Origin: a virus
Virus record (IMG/VR): IMGVR_UViG_3300023179_009191
Location: 1-64,000 of that record
Length of the DNA: 64,000 bases
Strand: one strand, 5' to 3'
Position numbers and translations under genes: made by a program. The notes below the pieces were generated by a model that worked only from the letters and a program-made list of their open reading frames with translations, was not told where the DNA came from and made no database searches. Numbering within the stretch: the stretch's first letter is position 1; each line of letters opens with the position of its first letter. Shown here piece by piece: positions 57,834 through 64,000 of the stretch.

Positions 57834-60104
57834 ATGGCTATGAGTTCTGGAACTACTGTGAGAAAGAGAGATGGAGAAGTTGAAAAATTTAATATTGAGA
57901 AAATTAATAAGGTTATTAGTTGGGCTACCGACAACATTTCTGGTGTTAGTTTGTCAGACATTGAAATTAATGCCAATCTGAACATTGTTGACAATATTAG
58001 CACCCGCGAGATACATCAAGTGCTAATTGAATCTGCTGCAAATTTAATTTCCTTGGAGACGCCCAATTATCAATATGTTGCTGCTCGGTTACAAAATTAT
58101 CAGCTCAGAAAAGATGTGTGGGGTGGCAAGCATGCGCCCAGACTTCTGGATGTAGTTAATACTGGCATTAAAAATAAAATTTATGATCCAATAATTTTGC
58201 AAAAATACACAGCTAATGAAATTAATAAAATTGGAGAATTTATTGATCATGATAGGGATTTTATTTTTACATATGCAGGCATCAAGCAATTGTGTGACAA
58301 ATATTTGATTAAAAACAGAGTGACTGATGTGATTTATGAAACGCCGCAATTTGCTTATATTCTCATTGCTGCATATGGTTTTATAAACTACCCTAAGGAA
58401 ACGCGCCTGGAGTATGTGAGAAGATTTTACAATGCTATTTCTAAGCATAAAATTAATTTGCCTACCCCGGTTATGGCCGGTCTTAGAACTAATTCCAAAA
58501 GCTATGCAAGTTGTTGTTTGATTGGTGTAGATGACAATAAGGAGTCTATTACTGCATCCAGTACAGCTATTTCCATTGCTACTGCCAGTCGGTGTGGCAT
58601 AGGCATTGATGTTTCCAGGATAAGAGCTATTGGGGCTCCAGTGAACAATGGTGAAGTGGTGCACACTGGTGTCATACCGTTCTTAAAAATATTTGAAGCA
58701 TCAGTTAAAGCATGGCAGCAAAATGGTTTACGCGGAGGTAGCGCTACCACCAATGTCATGTGGTGGCATTATGAGATAGAAGATATTGTTGTTTTAAAGA
58801 ATAATGCTGGGACAGATGATAACAGGGTGCGTAAATTAGATTATACTGTAGGCATGTCCAAGCTTTTTTATGACAGGGTTTTAAAGAATGAAGAGGTCAC
58901 ATTGTTCTCCCCTCATGAGGTTCCTGAGCTTTGGGATGCTTGGGGCACATCAAAGTTTGATAAAACATACAAAGAATTAGAAGAAAATAAAAAAATAAAG
59001 TTTAAAAGGAAAGTTTCAGCTCGCAAGCTCTTTGGTCTCATAGTAAAAGAAAGAGTTGAAACTGGTAGGATCTATATTCTCAATGTTGATAATGCCAATG
59101 AACATGGCGCATGGCTAGACAAGGTAACCATGAGTAATTTGTGTACTGAGGTCATTCACCCCACTGTTCCTCTCAAAGATTTTCATGATACAGATGCTGA
59201 GATAGGCATGTGCATTCTATCTGCAATAAACATGCTAGAAATTAAAGATTGGAAAGACTTGGAAAAAACTTCAGACTTGGCAGTAAGATTCTTGGAAGAA
59301 ATAATTGATATACAAACATATTTTAACAAAGCTGCAGAAAATTTTGCCAAGAAGAGAAGAAGTTTGGGCATTGGTATTACTAACTTAGCAGCATATTTTG
59401 CTAAGAATGAAGTTACATATGGTTCCAGACATTCTCTTGTTTTACTGGATGAATGGATGGAGCATTTTCAATATTATCTGCTCAAGTCTAGCATGGCATT
59501 AGCCAGGGAAAGAGGAAGGTGTGAAAAATTTGAAAGAACCAAGTATGCCAAGGGAATTTTGCCAGTGGATAGTTACAAGAGCAAGGTGGATGATATAGTT
59601 AAAAGAAAGTTTGCTTTAAATTGGAATGAATTGAGAGAAGAAATTAAGATGCATGGGCTCAGACACTCCACTCTTTCCAGCTGCATGCCTTGTGAATCTA
59701 GCTCTGTTGTTCAATGCTCCACCAATGGTGTTGAGCCTGTCAGATCTTTAATTACATTTAAAACATCCAAAATGGGCAAATTGCCTGTGTTGGTTCCCGG
59801 CATTGGGAAATATGAAGACAAGTATGAGTTAGCATATAATTTTAAAGATAATATAGGCATTTTGAATGTTAATGCAGTAATTCAAAAGTATTTAGACATG
59901 GCCATATCTACTAATGTTTATTATAATTACAGTCACTATGAGAATCATATTCTGCCCGATAGTAAAGTAATGAAGGAATTGCTGTATGCATACAGCATGG
60001 GTCTTATAAGTTTATACTATAATAATACTGATGATGGCGACAAAGAGCAAGTTGTTGATGCTGCAAAAGAAGTAGATTGCTCCAGTGGAGCTTGCAAATT
60101 ATAA
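57834..60104 (+). CDS. nrdA: Ribonucleotide reductase class Ia alpha subunit
   Basis: ATP cone VRKRDG, PTPVMAG, SCCL, SNLCTE, C-terminal CSSGACKL. Confidence 0.97.
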   Translation: MAMSSGTTVRKRDGEVEKFNIEKINKVISWATDNISGVSLSDIEINANLNIVDNISTREIHQVLIESAANLISLETPNYQYVAARLQNYQLRKDVWGGKHAPRLLDVVNTGIKNKIYDPIILQKYTANEINKIGEFIDHDRDFIFTYAGIKQLCDKYLIKNRVTDVIYETPQFAYILIAAYGFINYPKETRLEYVRRFYNAISKHKINLPTPVMAGLRTNSKSYASCCLIGVDDNKESITASSTAISIATASRCGIGIDVSRIRAIGAPVNNGEVVHTGVIPFLKIFEASVKAWQQNGLRGGSATTNVMWWHYEIEDIVVLKNNAGTDDNRVRKLDYTVGMSKLFYDRVLKNEEVTLFSPHEVPELWDAWGTSKFDKTYKELEENKKIKFKRKVSARKLFGLIVKERVETGRIYILNVDNANEHGAWLDKVTMSNLCTEVIHPTVPLKDFHDTDAEIGMCILSAINMLEIKDWKDLEKTSDLAVRFLEEIIDIQTYFNKAAENFAKKRRSLGIGITNLAAYFAKNEVTYGSRHSLVLLDEWMEHFQYYLLKSSMALARERGRCEKFERTKYAKGILPVDSYKSKVDDIVKRKFALNWNELREEIKMHGLRHSTLSSCMPCESSSVVQCSTNGVEPVRSLITFKTSKMGKLPVLVPGIGKYEDKYELAYNFKDNIGILNVNAVIQKYLDMAISTNVYYNYSHYENHILPDSKVMKELLYAYSMGLISLYYNNTDDGDKEQVVDAAKEVDCSSGACKL

Positions 60105-60121
60105 ATATATAATTGTACTCC

Positions 60122-61186
60122 ATGAAGTCAGTTCTTAATATTAAAAACATAGACTATACCAAACAGCCTCTGTTTTTTGGGGAAGATTTAAATCTGCAAA
60201 GATATGATCGTTTTAAATATCCCATATTTTTTGAGTTGTTCAAAAAGCAAGAAGAATTTTTTTGGTGGCCACATGAAATAAGCTTACAAAAAGACCGCAA
60301 TGACTACAAAGAGCTCAAGGGTTCAGAAAGGTTTGTTTTTGATAATAATCTCAAGTTTCAAACACTGGGTGATAGCATGCTGTCCAGATCCATTCATTCA
60401 TTAAAAGATTATGTATCTAATCCAGAATTAGAAATTTGCATGAATACCTGGCAGCGCTTTGAAGGTATTCATAGCTACAGTTATTCATATTTGCTTAACA
60501 ACGTGCATCCTGATGCATCATCATTTTTCGATAGCATCATGGAAGACAAGGAAATAGTATCCAGGGCAGAATTAATACGTAATAATTTTGATAAAATTTT
60601 AGGTGATGATGAAAAGAAAGATTTAAAACAAAAAGTTTTTGATTGTATTCTATCTGTTAATGTTATGGAAGGATTGGTTTTTTATGTTAGCTTTGCTTGT
60701 AGTTTTTATTTTGGCTACAGAGGCATCATGGAAGGCAATGCTAAGATCATTAAATTTATTCAGAGAGATGAATCACAGCACTTTGCTACTACACAAAATT
60801 TAATTAAAATTTTAAGAGAAGAGGATAAGGAAGGATTTACTAGCATAGTAAAAAAGAGTGAAGATAAGATTTATGCATTTTATGAACAAGCAGCTAAAAA
60901 TGAAATTGAATGGTCTGAGTATTTGTTTAGTAAAGGCTCTTTGCTTGGATTGAATGCTGAAGTATTGGGAGGGTATGCCAAATGGCTGTGTGATGCAAGG
61001 TTGCGTTCCCTGGGGTACAAGAAGATTTTTAATCAAAAAAACAATCCCATAGCAGGGTGGTTGGATAGCTATCTAGATAGTAGCAAGGTTCAAGTTGCTC
61101 CACAGGAAACAGAAATTTCTGCTTATAAGATTGGTGCACGTGACACATCAGTTTCTGATGATGACTTTAATGACATAGAATTGTGA
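60122..61186 (+). CDS. nrdB: Ribonucleotide reductase class Ia beta subunit
   Basis: FWWPHEISL, EGIHSYSY, EGLVFYVSFACS, IQRDESQH, VQVAPQETEI. Confidence 0.97.
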   Translation: MKSVLNIKNIDYTKQPLFFGEDLNLQRYDRFKYPIFFELFKKQEEFFWWPHEISLQKDRNDYKELKGSERFVFDNNLKFQTLGDSMLSRSIHSLKDYVSNPELEICMNTWQRFEGIHSYSYSYLLNNVHPDASSFFDSIMEDKEIVSRAELIRNNFDKILGDDEKKDLKQKVFDCILSVNVMEGLVFYVSFACSFYFGYRGIMEGNAKIIKFIQRDESQHFATTQNLIKILREEDKEGFTSIVKKSEDKIYAFYEQAAKNEIEWSEYLFSKGSLLGLNAEVLGGYAKWLCDARLRSLGYKKIFNQKNNPIAGWLDSYLDSSKVQVAPQETEISAYKIGARDTSVSDDDFNDIEL

Positions 61187-61413
61187 TAACCACAGAATTT
61201 AAAAAAAATTGTACTGCTGAAGAATTGGGGTTACTATATTTAATTTTAATTGATGGGTTTTCTTATTGTAACTATGAACCTTCATTTGATTGTTTATCTT
61301 TTTTGCGCATTAATATGGCTATAAAAAAATTAGATGAATTAAAGAATAAGATAAAACCTGAAAATCTGCCTGTAGTTGATTCACTTCAAAAAAAGTTAAC
61401 CCTAGAAATATAA
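61183..61413 (+). CDS. Hypothetical protein
   Basis: GTGA overlap with nrdB. Confidence 0.55.
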   Translation: MITTEFKKNCTAEELGLLYLILIDGFSYCNYEPSFDCLSFLRINMAIKKLDELKNKIKPENLPVVDSLQKKLTLEI

Positions 61414-61520
61414 ATAAAATCGAAGGAGCAGTTGTACTTAGTCTACACTAGGGGTGGGTTGGTGGGAACCTGAGAAAGGTTACTAGTGTAGAGAATAGGC
61501 TTTTGTAAATAAATATTTTT

Positions 61521-61703
61521 ATGGCAGCATTATCTGCTATAGAAAATACTGCATTGTATAGAAAGTTCTTGGAAGAGAGGGAACACATTTTAAGAAACAA
61601 ATGGTTCATGTCTGAGAAAGAAGGGCATGATGTTGGTTTTGAAAGAGCTTTATTAAATTGGGTGAGCAATTTTAGAAACAAATGGTTACAAGATAACAAA
61701 TAA
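61521..61703 (+). CDS. DUF4032-like small protein
   Basis: LYRKFLEEREHILRNKWFMSEKEGHDVGFERALLNW, recalled from Verrucomicrobia proteins. Confidence 0.65.
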   Translation: MAALSAIENTALYRKFLEEREHILRNKWFMSEKEGHDVGFERALLNWVSNFRNKWLQDNK

Positions 61704-64000
61704 TTATTTCTTTGAATTGGCTATAGGACCATTCTGAATGGGTACACCATCTTGAAGAGATTGGGCTGCTTGTCTTACTTCTGCATTTGTATTTTTAAGA
61801 GTAAGCGGTAGATTTTTAAATGTATGACTATGTTTAGAAATTAAGATACTATCTTCATCTCTGCCTGTGCCATACACAACAATGGGCATATTGGCTGCAT
61901 TAATACCACCCGAGCCTAAATCTGAACCTTGCACAGGTAGAGGAGTTTGTGCATAAACAGTAACTGTATCATTATTACTATCGGTAAATGTACCTATGAC
62001 AGTACCTTGTGGTACATAACCAATGATGCCACTACCTGCTGCACCACCAAGCAAAGCAGATTTAGCTACACCATATCCAATTATTTTACCATTGCCGTTT
62101 GTAGGATCGGTTACTGCAGCACCATAGCATATGGTTTCATTAGTCTCTTGAATTTCTGCAGGTGCTGTTACATGTTGAACAAACAATTCTCCTTCATAAT
62201 AGCCACCACCTAAAACAATTGTATTCTTACTAACACCCAGAGTACTGTCTATCAATACTTGTTTTTTGTTTCTTTGTCTGATGCTTATGATATCGCCCAC
62301 TATGGATACTCTCTTGCCACCATCAATATTAATTTCATTTTCAGAGCCAATATTTACTTGCTCTCCTGCTACATTAGTAATAGTACCAGAAATATTAACT
62401 GGCCCATAAGATTTCATGTTTATTCCACCTGCCCCTACAAGAACATTGAACCTGTTGCATACACTTAGAGTATAATTTCCACCTGGTAAGTCAGTAACAT
62501 TAACATATTCATGCAACGGGGAGGGTTTTCTGTTTACGAAAGTACCATAATCAGCTATTCTTATTTCATTTGGATTCATTTTGCCTTTGGCATCTATTCG
62601 AATGGATCCAAAATCATTCATTACTGTACCAATGGTTTCTATTTTATGTTTTGAAATTTCTATTATTTCGCTACCACCAAGGCCTAATTTTTTTTCAATT
62701 TCAGATAAACTATTAATTTTTTCAGTAAAAAATTTGTTTATTAAAGCTTGTTTTGTAGAAGGTGTCCATTGGCCTTCAAAAGATGAAGGAGAAATTCCAG
62801 TGCCTCCACATGCAGGGCAGGGTTTATTGCCTAGAAATGTTGCAGGTGTTGAAGGAAATGTGGTACCATCAACAGCGCCGCCAAGCAATGTTACTGGCAA
62901 GCCATAACTAAAAGTTCCTGCTACCCCTGGATATAATACTGATTTGAAAATAACATTATTATAAATTGTATTTCCATATGTATAATTGCCTGTGCTGTCA
63001 CTATAAGAGGGTAGAACAATATTTTCAAAAGCAGGATTGTAGCTTATGTTGTATGTGAAATAGCTATTTTTGCTTTTTGTACAAACAGGGCATGGGGCAG
63101 CTGCCCCCATTTTCATTTGCTTTGAAGATGAAAATTTTAGTAATTTGTTTGAAAATTTATTTGCTCTTTGAATATCAAACATTTGCTTAACATCAGCTAG
63201 CTCAGAAACAATCTCCTTCCATTTATTAGCAATTTCAGAATTGATTTTACCAATTTTTTTATAAAAGTTTCCTGCTGTGTTTAAATCATAATCTCTTTCT
63301 GTATATTCATTTCTGTCTCCTTTTATGGTTAAGAATGAATCTTCAAGTACTAATTTTTGGTCATTTTTTGTGGCCAGCTCTATATTTGTAAAATTATTAA
63401 ATTCTTTGAAAGAGCCTGAATAATGAGTAAATTTTAAAGCCTCTTTATTGTCAGTATTTACAAATGCTAAGGTTCCACCTTTTTGATTGATTACAAATTT
63501 ATTTCTGTAAGTTTCGGTACTTAGTGTGGGGTCGTTGTTTACTTTGTTTTCAAATTCTCCAGGGTAATCAATACCAGCATCCGCTCTTATGTTTTCATTA
63601 TTAATATCTGTTGCAGATCCTGCAGAATATATGCTATTCCAATCCTCTGCTCCAAAAGATGAAGCAAAGTATACTGGCTTCATTGCATCGCCTGCTGCAA
63701 AGAAAATCCACAAGTGCGAGCCTACACAGGGTATAGAGAAAGAACCTTTGGCACTATTGCTGTATACTTCCGGTACATAGTTGTAACTTAATTTGTTTGC
63801 ATTATTTACGTTTGTTTCTCTTGGGTCATTGAATGCATCTTTTAATTTAAAAAAATCTAAATCAAATAAATTTCCAGGTTTTTCTCCAATATTATCATAA
63901 TTCTGGGAGTATGGTGTAATGTTGCTTGCATTTACTTCATTATTGTCCAGGTTGGTAGCAAATGTAGGGTTTTTATTGGAGTCACTTATGCTACCAACTT
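61704..64000 (-). CDS. Baseplate hub / T4 gp5-VgrG-like protein, 5' partial
   Basis: Frame is open to the window end; FSIPCVGSHLWIFFAAGDAMKPVYF is the OB-fold signature; H.SGSF.E and beta-helix repeats; CPVC/CPACGGTG insert. Confidence 0.75.
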   Translation of the reverse strand, partial: VGSISDSNKNPTFATNLDNNEVNASNITPYSQNYDNIGEKPGNLFDLDFFKLKDAFNDPRETNVNNANKLSYNYVPEVYSNSAKGSFSIPCVGSHLWIFFAAGDAMKPVYFASSFGAEDWNSIYSAGSATDINNENIRADAGIDYPGEFENKVNNDPTLSTETYRNKFVINQKGGTLAFVNTDNKEALKFTHYSGSFKEFNNFTNIELATKNDQKLVLEDSFLTIKGDRNEYTERDYDLNTAGNFYKKIGKINSEIANKWKEIVSELADVKQMFDIQRANKFSNKLLKFSSSKQMKMGAAAPCPVCTKSKNSYFTYNISYNPAFENIVLPSYSDSTGNYTYGNTIYNNVIFKSVLYPGVAGTFSYGLPVTLLGGAVDGTTFPSTPATFLGNKPCPACGGTGISPSSFEGQWTPSTKQALINKFFTEKINSLSEIEKKLGLGGSEIIEISKHKIETIGTVMNDFGSIRIDAKGKMNPNEIRIADYGTFVNRKPSPLHEYVNVTDLPGGNYTLSVCNRFNVLVGAGGINMKSYGPVNISGTITNVAGEQVNIGSENEINIDGGKRVSIVGDIISIRQRNKKQVLIDSTLGVSKNTIVLGGGYYEGELFVQHVTAPAEIQETNETICYGAAVTDPTNGNGKIIGYGVAKSALLGGAAGSGIIGYVPQGTVIGTFTDSNNDTVTVYAQTPLPVQGSDLGSGGINAANMPIVVYGTGRDEDSILISKHSHTFKNLPLTLKNTNAEVRQAAQSLQDGVPIQNGPIANSKK

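Noticed and set aside
1-64000. Stop-codon reassignment, or introns/inteins in nrdA, nrdB or thyX
   Set aside because: Conserved genes are full-length and uninterrupted in the standard code; TAA, TAG and TGA all end genes

Overview
This window is a 64-kb AT-rich segment of a large lytic, T4-superfamily-like (probably jumbo) dsDNA phage. It encodes NrdA/NrdB, ThyX, UvsE, a 5'-3' exonuclease, a RadA-like ATPase, Hsp20, a GH24 lysozyme, three tail-fibre-like proteins, a partial gp5-like baseplate hub, two HNH endonucleases and three tRNA or tRNA-like genes. PEP-CTERM proteins and a DUF4032-like protein suggest a PVC (Verrucomicrobia-like) host; this is inference. Main observations: (1) a phage PEP-CTERM surface-protein operon, including a tandem polyprotein with an internal sorting signal plus second signal peptide, and a GH16 glucanase; (2) pervasive apparently leaderless architecture, with early promoters whose TTG lies 34 nt (occasionally 35-36) before an ATG, often ATGATG, forming a dense promoter-gene cassette array at 32-50 kb, and TAAATA late promoters just before start codons; (3) one cassette drives a structured ~145-nt ncRNA rather than a protein, and two further intergenic RNAs can form tandem pseudoknots; (4) a tRNA-Ile(UAU)-like gene with a two-hairpin variable region and an A19:U56 elbow swap shared with tRNA-His; (5) extreme but patchy CpG depletion; (6) small genes flanked by duplicated translation-start regions. 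All family calls come from motif recognition by eye; no searches were run.
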